From: an uncultured Alphaproteobacteria bacterium
GTDB taxonomy: Bacteria > Pseudomonadota > Alphaproteobacteria > Micavibrionales > CSBR16-224
Length of the DNA stretch: 64,000 bases
Reading direction: 5' to 3'
NCBI GenBank assembly: GCA_950054485.1
Contig: CATLPD010000001.1
Location: 716,121-780,120 of the forward strand
This document shows, in pieces, positions 28,436 to 36,954 of this stretch. The translations under genes and the position numbers were made by a program. Numbering within the stretch: position 1 is the first letter of the stretch; each line of letters begins with the position of its first letter. The notes beneath the pieces were generated by a model that was given only the letters and a program-made list of their open reading frames with translations, made no database searches and was not told the DNA's origin.

Positions 28436-29205
28436 ACTGTGATATAGAAATTAAAAGAGCTTTAGAAAAGCTTCATGCCTGCGATATTCTTGAGGGTGCT
28501 CAAAGAATATCAACAACCTGTTTGTACCCGGACGGTGCTAGAGTAACGCTGTTTGCATACAGGACACATAAAAACGCAGAATTTGTAGTCACTGATGATG
28601 GAGATGCCTACGAGGTCCTCAGATCATATGGTATTGACACTATTTCAAAGTATACGAAAACGGCACATGACACGGCTAGCAAATTCGATATGAATTTCAA
28701 TAAAGAGCTAAGTAACTTTTATTCAGACCCCGTAACTTCTGAAATGCTGCCAGCTACTATCGCATATCTTGCTAATTGTGTTCAAAAATTTGTTCAGCAG
28801 ATTAATGATAAAATGGAGCTAGAAAATGAAAAGGATATTCGTGAAAGAATAGATGAGTGCCTTGAAAGCTACCATTTAATTCCAGAGCGTAATATTGTGC
28901 GAGATTTTGAGATTATTGGAGATAGCGGAAAGACTCATAATTTTTCTCATGCCATCTTAAGAGAGGAAAGAACTATTCTAGTATCTCCTGTTAGCGACCA
29001 TCATGCATCGATTGCTCCAGCTTATATGAAATTCAATGACGTATACACTCAAAACCCAGATTACAAAAGGGAGGCTGTTATATCTAATGTGTCAGCATGG
29101 GGATCAAATAATCTGAATTTGATCGAAAGCGTTGTTGATAATGTGAATTATATTGAAGAAAAAATGAAGCCGTTCATGAAGAGATATGGATATCTTCAAA
29201 ATTAA
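28432..29205 (+). CDS. DUF1828/DUF1829-like protein
   Basis: ISTT.LYPDG....LF and VTDDGD (DUF1828-like); IIGDSGKTHNF (DUF1829-like). Confidence 0.7.
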   Translation: MNCDIEIKRALEKLHACDILEGAQRISTTCLYPDGARVTLFAYRTHKNAEFVVTDDGDAYEVLRSYGIDTISKYTKTAHDTASKFDMNFNKELSNFYSDPVTSEMLPATIAYLANCVQKFVQQINDKMELENEKDIRERIDECLESYHLIPERNIVRDFEIIGDSGKTHNFSHAILREERTILVSPVSDHHASIAPAYMKFNDVYTQNPDYKREAVISNVSAWGSNNLNLIESVVDNVNYIEEKMKPFMKRYGYLQN

Positions 29206-29264
29206 TTATATTTTTCAATATTTTATATGTACCCCTTCCTAAATCTGTATGGTATTATGATACC

Positions 29265-29621
29265 ATGGATCAAAGCCCCAAAAAACGTGCTGAAAAAGCC
29301 TTTAAAGTCACTTCTCTTAAAACCTTTCTGAGAAACCAAGGAAAGGCTGACAAGGGCAGTGAGGATGTCTTGCGGCGGTGGATACATGACCATGAGCTGG
29401 TCGAGTTTCTATTAAGGGCTGTGAGCGGGGAGGTTTTTAACAACCAGCGTTTAAGTTTGCGTGATCGTTGCAACTTGGCTACCAAGCTTCTCAATAAAAC
29501 ACTTCCTGACATGAAAACTGTGGAGTGTATTCAGTCACCCTCAGATAGCCCTGATGCGGTCACTTATCAGGCAACCCAAAACTTGCTTCAATCCGCTTTG
29601 AACCTGCCTAATAAAGATTGA
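29265..29621 (+). CDS. Terminase small subunit-like / phage DNA-binding protein
   Basis: R...A.KLLNKTLPDMKTVE motif resembles small phage packaging proteins; satellite context. Confidence 0.5.
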   Translation: MDQSPKKRAEKAFKVTSLKTFLRNQGKADKGSEDVLRRWIHDHELVEFLLRAVSGEVFNNQRLSLRDRCNLATKLLNKTLPDMKTVECIQSPSDSPDAVTYQATQNLLQSALNLPNKD

Positions 29622-29652
29622 ATTTCTTAGCATAATTAACGTATATTGGTTT

Positions 29653-29849
29653 TAGGTAAGTGATCGGCTTACTTGGGGCTTGATAACCTCTAACGAGCGG
29701 CCAACAGCATCTGGCCGTAAAAATGATGCTGCTTTCTCGATTAAGTTCGGGATGGCAGCGAAATAAAATAGCGCACTGCGTAAATACGCTGTGCCGTCTC
29801 GTTACGGTTATCAACATCCCGAGCACCAGAGCGATCTGGTGTTTTTTTT
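29653..29849 (+). ncRNA. Candidate highly structured ncRNA
   Basis: TTGAAT-18-TATATT promoter; long closing stem 29673-29701/29793-29822; internal hairpins; terminator GCACCAGA-GCGA-TCTGGTGT-T7. Confidence 0.6.
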
Positions 29850-29869
29850 CTTACAGGAAGGGAAGGTTT

Positions 29870-30262
29870 ATGATCGAGAATAATTCCAAAGATAAAAGAG
29901 AGGAAGTTGCGGCCAATGAAGCCGCATTGAAACTACTTCTAGTAAATGGAGAGATTAAAGAGCTTGAAGCACGTAGACGCGCTGTAATTGGAGTAGGGGT
30001 TTTTGCGCTATTTGTTGGGCTGACTTTTAATTCTTACTTGAGGTCACCAATAGAAGAATTCTGGTGGATTCTGGGTTTTCTAGCGGCGGTCTTATTCTTT
30101 TTTATATGGGAGAATGGGAAATCTATAGATAAAAAAATTAGTTTAAAATTTGATTTTGAGCAATTGATCAAAAAATACGGTTGGGATTTTTCTTACAACG
30201 AAAATAATTATAGAGTTGAATTTAAGCCTTTAAGGACATCTAGACAAACGGACACCCCTTAG
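29870..30262 (+). CDS. Hypothetical two-TM protein
   Basis: ATG 29870 after GGAAGG; two hydrophobic helices. Confidence 0.6.
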   Translation: MIENNSKDKREEVAANEAALKLLLVNGEIKELEARRRAVIGVGVFALFVGLTFNSYLRSPIEEFWWILGFLAAVLFFFIWENGKSIDKKISLKFDFEQLIKKYGWDFSYNENNYRVEFKPLRTSRQTDTP

Positions 30263-30292
30263 GGGGCTGTCTTGTCTTGTCTTAAGGTTGTC
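30230..30292 (-). other. Iteron/palindrome cluster, putative satellite origin and detached 3' end of the helicase gene
   Basis: GACA repeats around GACACCCCTTAGGGGGCTGTC; minus frame reads DNLKTRQDSPLRGVRLSRCP*. Confidence 0.5.
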
Positions 30293-30295
30293 GGA

Positions 30296-31207
30296 TTATA
30301 TTTTATCGCCTTTGTAAAAGTATCCTTTATTAAAAGAGCCAGCTTTTTCACGCTTTTTATACATGAGGTCAAAAAACTCTGATTCTGATTTACCTTTGAG
30401 GCGTGCAATACTTACTATTACCTCTGTCATGTCTGCGAGTTCTTCTAAATCATATTCATCCAAAAACTCACGATATTCTTCTGACAGCTTCTCGTACAGG
30501 GCATTTAGGTGCTGTTTAGGAGATAATTCAGAAATGTCAGGGTCTCTGCCTTCTTTACGAATAATATCTGGTATCTTATCTCGAACTAACTTATTTGATT
30601 TTTTAAAGTCTGTGTTATCTCCCGCTCTTTTGCCGCGATTGCAAGAGGCACATAAAACTTGAAGATTTTCTTTTGAGTGGACATCAATCCATATTTCGTC
30701 TTTGCGGACTTTACCTTTCTGGGCAAGCGATTGGGGAACAATGTGATCAATCTCTAAGGGTGACAAGCTAGATGTAATGCCACATAATTGGCAACGCCCA
30801 CCAGATTCCTTTAATAAGATATAGCGAATTGATGAATCTACGCTCGGGTCACCCTCTCGGTTTTGTTTTTCAATCCATTCACTCATAGCAGCCTCGCAAG
30901 CTTCTATGACACTTTCGCGATATTGTTTTGATACAGAGTAGTTTTTCAGTCGAAACGATTTTAATGTCTTATCGTATTCTATAACGCCATGTTTAAGTAG
31001 CGTCTGTTTAGGATACCTTTTAACAATGTTTTCGTAATACTCAACGGTTGAGAGATCATGTTTAGCAAACGCTTTGGCTAAATCTCTTATTGTGCACTCC
31101 CCGCCATGCTCAATTAACTCACGTATAATTAAGGGCTGATAAATTGCGCTCATCGACATTCGATTATTCACAAACTCTAATAAGTCAGTTTCATTATTTT
31201 TCGTCAT
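30296..31207 (-). CDS. wHTH-HNH endonuclease fused to MazG-like nucleotide pyrophosphohydrolase
   Basis: MS.IYQP..I..L...GG N-domain; CQLCG, EIDHIVP, NLQVLCASCNRGK HNH; KLVRDKIP..I, KL.EE..EF, EELADM.EV, KR...G.F. Confidence 0.85.
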   Translation of the reverse strand: MTKNNETDLLEFVNNRMSMSAIYQPLIIRELIEHGGECTIRDLAKAFAKHDLSTVEYYENIVKRYPKQTLLKHGVIEYDKTLKSFRLKNYSVSKQYRESVIEACEAAMSEWIEKQNREGDPSVDSSIRYILLKESGGRCQLCGITSSLSPLEIDHIVPQSLAQKGKVRKDEIWIDVHSKENLQVLCASCNRGKRAGDNTDFKKSNKLVRDKIPDIIRKEGRDPDISELSPKQHLNALYEKLSEEYREFLDEYDLEELADMTEVIVSIARLKGKSESEFFDLMYKKREKAGSFNKGYFYKGDKI

Positions 31208-31247
31208 TCGATTTTCTATAAGGTTTGATTAATCCAATCTTAATTGC

Positions 31248-31913
31248 CTAAATTTTTGGGTCGGGCGTTTCAATTAAATCTACCGTTTGAATTAAGCCTT
31301 TGGTGTGTAAGTCCGTGATCGCACTTTTGCCAGAGCTTATAAGCAGATCAACATAGCTATGAAAGCTTTCACCACTTGAAGTTCCATCGGCCTGCCACAC
31401 AGTATTTCCATTGCTCAAGTCAATAAGAAGGGATTTTGTAGCCATTATAGGCTCACTTGTTGTGTACCCACCTGTTGTGTAGCCCGGGCTTGTGTATGTG
31501 TTTACAGTTGCAAAATTACCGTAACCTGAAATATAGCTAGTCGTTGTTCCTGCGTGGTAAGTTGGAGGTACAAAGCTTTCTATTTCAGATTTTTCTCCGA
31601 CCATAGTAATAAACAAGCTATCTGCGCCTGTATCTTTAATTATTTTAGCGGCCTCTTTTTCACTGTAATCTCTAGTTGGAGGAATTAAATCTGTATATTT
31701 AATAGCGTCCACGCCTAATGAGCTAAATTTCTCCACCAAAGCGGTTTCGGCTGACAGTACTTCTTTTAAAGTAGCCCCATCAATTTTCACCACAGTTTTG
31801 GTAATTTGGTATCCGCCATCGCTGTAGTCAGGATCAACGAAACTTGTCGTGTCAGACATTACGCATGCTGTTAGCAATAAAACCGATACTAAACAATATG
31901 AAATAATTCTCAT
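31248..31913 (-). CDS. Lipoprotein
   Basis: Lipobox LLTA-C; LIDLSNG.TVW DUF4136-like C-terminus. Confidence 0.75.
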   Translation of the reverse strand: MRIISYCLVSVLLLTACVMSDTTSFVDPDYSDGGYQITKTVVKIDGATLKEVLSAETALVEKFSSLGVDAIKYTDLIPPTRDYSEKEAAKIIKDTGADSLFITMVGEKSEIESFVPPTYHAGTTTSYISGYGNFATVNTYTSPGYTTGGYTTSEPIMATKSLLIDLSNGNTVWQADGTSSGESFHSYVDLLISSGKSAITDLHTKGLIQTVDLIETPDPKI

Positions 31914-32076
31914 TATATCTCCTTTGAAAGCAATTATGTCTTCTAATTAATGGTGGCAATGTACGAGTTTATAGTTTTCTTTTTTATAAACCCTAGGCCT
32001 GTAGGCTTAAAATTATCCTATACATTTTGTATTTGAAGAGCAATTTAGTAATTCAGCATATCTGGCAACCCATGCT

Positions 32077-33114
32077 TTAGGATTTATGGTTTGGTATCCA
32101 GATATAATCACCATAAGTGGCGGTGACCTGTTTCTCATTTAAGCTATCAATAGCTCTTGAAACAGCCTTTCGCACGCTGGATATGTTTTCGGATGCAGAG
32201 ATATTGTTTTTCTCTAAAGCTTCTCTAAAGTCGCTCACCATCACACAATTTTGTTTGGGCATTCCATTTTTTGGCGAATAAGGCTTGGATTTTTCAATTA
32301 TCAAGTCGTACAAAATATCAAGTGCCCGTTTTGTCTGTCCATTAAGACGGGTTTTCTTTCCTGTTAGCGTGTCTCGGCCTTTTACAAGAGCGCAAGACGA
32401 TATTTTGTCGCCATCTGCATCAGTGCCCAAATCAATAACTTTAAGGTTAAAAGTCATGGAAATATCTTTTTTGCCATCGCGCTGTTTACGGGTTTTAATG
32501 GTGAGGTCGCCTGATTTGTTTTGAACTTCGATCTCAGTATCAACCGCCGCTTTTAATGAGCTATGGCCTCTCGCACCTTTGCCACTATCCTTGCCACTAT
32601 GGTGAACAATCAACACGTGAGCTTTCGTATTCTCTCGTATTTTGTCACAGTTTCGGACAAAAGAACCCATGTCACGAGAAGAATTTTCATCTCCCCCAGA
32701 CATCGCTCGATTTAGGGTGTCTACAATGATAAGTGAAAAAGCCCCAAGTTTTTGAACGGCATCTATCAGCCGATCTGTATCGGTGCTGTCTTCGCCACAT
32801 AAATCAATTCCTGAGGGCAAAATATAAAGCTCTCCCTTTGATTTGAGTTGGTGATGTATCTCAAAGGCTCTTAGCCTCTCCCCAATGCCCAAACCGCCTT
32901 CGGTAGCAATATATAAAACAGAGCCTTGTTTCGATTTCAGTCCTTGCCAATCCATCCCTGTGGCAATATGTGCGGCAATATCTAATACAAAGAATGTTTT
33001 ACCGCTATTGCTCTGGCCATAAACTACGCTAAGGGCGTTTTTATCTAGGAGTGATTTTACTAGATATTCTTTTTTTGGTAGCTTGTGAAGGTCTTTCCAG
33101 TGTGTGATTTTCAT
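32077..33114 (-). CDS. RepA-like SF4 helicase (AAA_25)
   Basis: GQSNSGKTF Walker A, YIATEG, IIVDTL Walker B, GDEN, VHHSGKD, ARGHSSL..AVD. Confidence 0.9.
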   Translation of the reverse strand: MKITHWKDLHKLPKKEYLVKSLLDKNALSVVYGQSNSGKTFFVLDIAAHIATGMDWQGLKSKQGSVLYIATEGGLGIGERLRAFEIHHQLKSKGELYILPSGIDLCGEDSTDTDRLIDAVQKLGAFSLIIVDTLNRAMSGGDENSSRDMGSFVRNCDKIRENTKAHVLIVHHSGKDSGKGARGHSSLKAAVDTEIEVQNKSGDLTIKTRKQRDGKKDISMTFNLKVIDLGTDADGDKISSCALVKGRDTLTGKKTRLNGQTKRALDILYDLIIEKSKPYSPKNGMPKQNCVMVSDFREALEKNNISASENISSVRKAVSRAIDSLNEKQVTATYGDYIWIPNHKS

Positions 33115-33129
33115 GCTGAGCGCCCCCCT

Positions 33130-33516
33130 TTACAAAATTGAATGTTCATTGGAAGGGTAGACGACGGGGAGATCTCCTTCTTTTCTATATTTAATATCGA
33201 AGCCGATATTTAGATATGAAACTGCACAATAAACATGAAAGAAATGAATTCCTTCTTCTTGATCGTATGTTCTATTTGCCCACTTAATTACAGAATACAT
33301 GTGAGCGAGTTCTTGACCATTTCTAAATTTGCCTTGGGGAGTGATTATTGACTTTAGGAATGTGATTGCCTGAAGGGTGTGGTGGTGCGATTTGCGACCT
33401 AGAAGGTAAGGCTCTTCGGTTATATCTCTTTTTTCTCCTCTGTAGCCCGACAGGGACAAGTGAGGCTCTTCTTCAAGTATTTTCAAAACAAGTTCTTTAT
33501 ATGCTTCGTATTCCAT
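33130..33516 (-). CDS. Hypothetical satellite protein
   Basis: ATG 33516 after SD GGAGG within the alpA end; between alpA and helicase. Confidence 0.65.
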   Translation of the reverse strand: MEYEAYKELVLKILEEEPHLSLSGYRGEKRDITEEPYLLGRKSHHHTLQAITFLKSIITPQGKFRNGQELAHMYSVIKWANRTYDQEEGIHFFHVYCAVSYLNIGFDIKYRKEGDLPVVYPSNEHSIL

Positions 33517-33517
33517 T

Positions 33518-33715
33518 TTATACCTCCACACCGTTGATTTTGTGTTCAATCCATAAATCAATATCAGCTTCAAGCCAGCCCACAGCTTTTTCACCTAAAG
33601 AAATTTGTTTTGGAAAAGTATTTTTCTGGATGAAAGAATAAATTGATGATCTAGAGAGCCCTGTTCTTTCTATTACTTCGGGAAGCCTTAATATTCTTCT
33701 GTTTTGTTTTTGCAT
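33518..33715 (-). CDS. alpA: AlpA-family regulator/excisionase
   Basis: RILRLPEVIERTGLSRSSIY..I....FPK.I.LG.KAVGW. Confidence 0.93.
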   Translation of the reverse strand: MQKQNRRILRLPEVIERTGLSRSSIYSFIQKNTFPKQISLGEKAVGWLEADIDLWIEHKINGVEV

Positions 33716-33803
33716 TTTTAGCCTTTCTTGGTTCTGTTAATAACTCAACATATCCAAGCGGCTATCCCAGTAATATAAGTCCAGTAATAATTGGGAAAAA
33801 AAA

Positions 33804-34448
33804 CTATAAAATTGGTTTCTCTCTATAAAAACTGTTTATAAGGCTCTTAATTTCTAACTTCTTCTGGGGTGATGCAAGGCTGTAATCTATGGAAAGTAGC
33901 CTCATTTTAGCCTTTGAATAACGATTTTGAAGTTTTTTTAGCGTGTCTAAGGAGTCTCGCATTTCGGGAAGGCCTTTCCAAGGATGGCTCTCAATTATCT
34001 TTGCCAATGCCGCTTTATCGCTAATTTTAGTGTCTTGCTGCTTAATCTCATCTACATCAATAAATAATTTGGCGTATAATAACTCGTCCCACACAACTCT
34101 ACGCCTTTTGGGGTTGTTGAATTTAACCTCAAATCCTCTAATGAAATCACAGGCTATATCTAATGCGAAATTATGTAGGGACTTTGTAGAGGCGTATCCA
34201 TAATAGTCTTGCAATATAAGAAGTTTTCTCAAGCGTTCTTTTTTAATATGAGTTGCTATTCTTTTTTCCCACTGATCACGCGCCTTCTTCATGTCGGCAA
34301 GAATTTTTATAAATATGGCGGCTCTATTGTTTTCAGAAGTCCCTAAAGCACTTTTAAAACAATTAAGAAAGGGAGTGGAATCAAACATGTCTATGCTAAT
34401 TTCTTTGTATAATTCCTCTGGTAGCTTGCTATTTTTTCGCTTGCTCAT
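33804..34448 (-). CDS. Hypothetical satellite protein
   Basis: 214-aa basic ORF overlapping the integrase 3' end. Confidence 0.65.
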   Translation of the reverse strand: MSKRKNSKLPEELYKEISIDMFDSTPFLNCFKSALGTSENNRAAIFIKILADMKKARDQWEKRIATHIKKERLRKLLILQDYYGYASTKSLHNFALDIACDFIRGFEVKFNNPKRRRVVWDELLYAKLFIDVDEIKQQDTKISDKAALAKIIESHPWKGLPEMRDSLDTLKKLQNRYSKAKMRLLSIDYSLASPQKKLEIKSLINSFYREKPIL

Positions 34449-35616
34449 CTATATAATCTGCCCATTCTTGCATCATAACTCTACGTTCATCTAGAAATTT
34501 AGCTCTATCGTATGCGCGCGTAACCATGCTTTTAGCGGCGTGTGCCAGTTGTCGATCAATAACCTCGTGCCGGTAACCAAGTTTTTCTTTGATTGCGCTC
34601 ATGGCTAAGGCTCTAAAACCGTGACCTGTCATGCGGTCTTTGAAGCCTAACCTATGCAAGCCCATTCTTATTGTATTATTGCTCATATGTTTGCGTGGCG
34701 AATGATGGCCTGGCAATATCCATTCCCACTGCCCATTCATCTCCTTTAAGTCGGTTAGAATTTCTACGGCTTGTCTTGATAGCGGCACGATGTGCTCTTT
34801 ACGCATTTTCATGCGCTCAGCAGGGATAATCCATTCTGCTTCTTCTAGATTGAATTCTGACCATTTTGCTTCAATTAGCTCTTTTGTTCTTACAAAAGTT
34901 AGCATGAGAAGTTTCATGGCGTGGCGAGTCTCTAACCGAAGGCATGCTTCGTTACGTTCCATAGCTGACAAGAGTTCTGGTAATTCATCAATCGCAATGC
35001 AGGGATAATGCTTTCTAACTATTGGTTTTATGGCTTCTGATAGCTCTGAGGCAGGGTTGTACTCGCAATATCCGTGGGCGATGGCATATCTGAATATTTG
35101 CCCACAAGACTGGCGCATTCTATGCGCGGGCTCTATCGCGCCTCTTTTCTGTATGCGTTCTAGACAATTTAGAATTTGCGGGGGCTTAATATCTGTTATT
35201 GGAAGGTGACCAATTTGGGGGAAAATATCACGTTCTAGTCGGCCAAGTACGGTTTTTGCGTGTCGCGCTGTCCATTTGGACTTAATGTTTTCATGCCATT
35301 CGCGAGCAATAGCTTCAAAATTATTCTCAGCATTTTGCTCTGCTAGGCGTTTCTTTTCCTGTTTGTAAAGCGAGGGGTCGATATTTTGATCAAGAAGTCT
35401 TCTAGCGTCTGTGCAACGATCATCCGCTTCTTTGAGGGATATCTCGGGATAAACACCTAGGGCAAGACGCTTTTCCTTGCCGTTTATACGGTATTTCATA
35501 CGCCAATATTTGCTTCCGTTGGGTCTGACCTCAAGGTAAAGGCCGCGCCCAACCGCTAATTTATAAGGCTTCTTTCTAGGTTCAGCATTCTTACACTGCA
35601 GATTCGTGAGCTTCAT
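34429..35616 (-). CDS. P4-type tyrosine integrase
   Basis: Arm-binding domain GLYLEV.PNGSKYWR; catalytic R (FVRTKE), HGFR, LAH, AY. Confidence 0.96.
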   Translation of the reverse strand: MKLTNLQCKNAEPRKKPYKLAVGRGLYLEVRPNGSKYWRMKYRINGKEKRLALGVYPEISLKEADDRCTDARRLLDQNIDPSLYKQEKKRLAEQNAENNFEAIAREWHENIKSKWTARHAKTVLGRLERDIFPQIGHLPITDIKPPQILNCLERIQKRGAIEPAHRMRQSCGQIFRYAIAHGYCEYNPASELSEAIKPIVRKHYPCIAIDELPELLSAMERNEACLRLETRHAMKLLMLTFVRTKELIEAKWSEFNLEEAEWIIPAERMKMRKEHIVPLSRQAVEILTDLKEMNGQWEWILPGHHSPRKHMSNNTIRMGLHRLGFKDRMTGHGFRALAMSAIKEKLGYRHEVIDRQLAHAAKSMVTRAYDRAKFLDERRVMMQEWADYIDEQAKK

Positions 35617-35780
35617 TGGGGGCATCACCTTTGCGTTGTTGAAGTATATGCCCCCACCAGTGCCCCCAAATATTGTGGATTTGGCAACATCTCATTGGAT
35701 GGCTACAGATTAATTATACGCTGAATCCCTTAATAAATAAAGAAAAACTGGACTGTTTAGGATTTTATTGGATGAGAAAA

Positions 35781-35855
35781 TGGAGCGGGTGAAGGGATTC
35801 GAACCCTCGACTTCAACCTTGGCAAGGTTGCGCTCTACCCCTGAGCTACACCCGC
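35781..35855 (-). tRNA. tRNA-Gly(GCC)
   Basis: Reverse complement GCGGGTGTAGCTCAGGGGTAGAGCGCAACCTTGCCAAGGTTG...GTTCGAATCCCTTCACCCGCTCCA. Confidence 0.97.
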
Positions 35856-35994
35856 ATGTGGTGAAATGACGAATCGTCATTTGGGTAACGATGGTCAATA
35901 TACAAAACGTATAAGAAAATGCAAGCCCCAATCCTGCTGGAAAAAAGAATTGGACTGTGGCAGACTGTGAAAACGTTTAAACAAAGGCGAAAAC

Positions 35995-36954
35995 ATGTCT
36001 ATTCTATTTATTCTTGCAGGGTTTGTCATTCTGATGCTGGGTGGTGAAACGCTGGTCAACGGCGCGGTAGCCGTTGCAAAGCGCTTGAATATGCCGCCCT
36101 TGGTCATCGGGATTGTGCTGGTCGGTTTCGGCACGTCCGTGCCTGAACTGGTGACAAGTATTCAGGCCAGTTTGCAGGGATCACCCGGCATCGCAATTGG
36201 TAATGTGATTGGCAGCAATATTGCCAATGTTTTGCTGGTTGCAGGTGCAGGCGCCATTCTGGTGCCGATCGTGGCCGATTTAAAAGGCCTTAAGCGCGAT
36301 GGTCTGGTTTTAATGTTGGCGACGGTTATGTTTTTTGCCGCGGCCTATGCGGGCGGCATAAGCTATGGCCTTGGCCTGTTATTCACAGTCTCTCTGGTTT
36401 GCTACGTCGCCTATCTGGTGATGTCCGAACGCCGCCGCAGCCGTGCGCATCAAAAAACAGTAGAAGTTGATGATGATGCCGTATCCTTTGAAAAACCACC
36501 CAAAAGCCTTGCAACAGCAATGATTTATACCATTGTTGGTATCGGCTTGACGGTTCTGGGCGCTGATTTTCTGGTGCGCGGTGCAACCGAAATTGCACGC
36601 GATATGGGCATATCCGAAACCATTATCGGTTTGACGATTGTTGCGATCGGTACATCCCTGCCCGAGCTGGCGACAGCTGTTGTGGCGGGATTAAAAGGCG
36701 AGGCTGATGTCTCCGTTGGGAATATTATCGGCAGTAACATTTATAATATTCTGGCGATTTTGGGTATTACGGCGATGATCAAGCCGTTGCCGGTTGACCC
36801 CAGTGTTCTGAGTTTTGATATCTGGGTCATGGCAGCATCATCGCTGATATTGGTCGCTTTACCATTTATGTTCAAAAAGCTGGGACGCGGCACAGGTATC
36901 ATATTCCTGTGCGCTTATGCGGCCTATCTGTTTGCACTGTACTTGATGATTTAA
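35995..36954 (+). CDS. Calcium/sodium antiporter (YrbG-like)
   Basis: Two GTS.PEL / GN..GSN alpha repeats. Confidence 0.93.
   Translation: MSILFILAGFVILMLGGETLVNGAVAVAKRLNMPPLVIGIVLVGFGTSVPELVTSIQASLQGSPGIAIGNVIGSNIANVLLVAGAGAILVPIVADLKGLKRDGLVLMLATVMFFAAAYAGGISYGLGLLFTVSLVCYVAYLVMSERRRSRAHQKTVEVDDDAVSFEKPPKSLATAMIYTIVGIGLTVLGADFLVRGATEIARDMGISETIIGLTIVAIGTSLPELATAVVAGLKGEADVSVGNIIGSNIYNILAILGITAMIKPLPVDPSVLSFDIWVMAASSLILVALPFMFKKLGRGTGIIFLCAYAAYLFALYLMI

Larger units (their letters stand above)
26353..35795 (-). mobile_element. Phage-satellite-like (PICI/P4-type) genomic island integrated at tRNA-Gly
   Basis: Bounded by tRNA-Gly 3' end and its duplicate; integrase-orf-alpA-orf-helicase core, terS-like gene, visibly AT-richer than flanks. 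Confidence 0.9.

Noticed and set aside
29717-29767. Short frame RKNDAAFSIKFGMAAK* inside the structured RNA, faintly like a tmRNA tag
   Set aside because: No tRNA-like acceptor/T-arm or CCA, and the tag does not end in AA; probably coincidence
29653-29849. Retron msr-msd interpretation of the long terminal stem
   Set aside because: No reverse transcriptase in the island or window
29723-29869. N-terminal extension of the 179-aa ORF
   Set aside because: It runs through the structured RNA and terminator; ATG 29870 has the better SD
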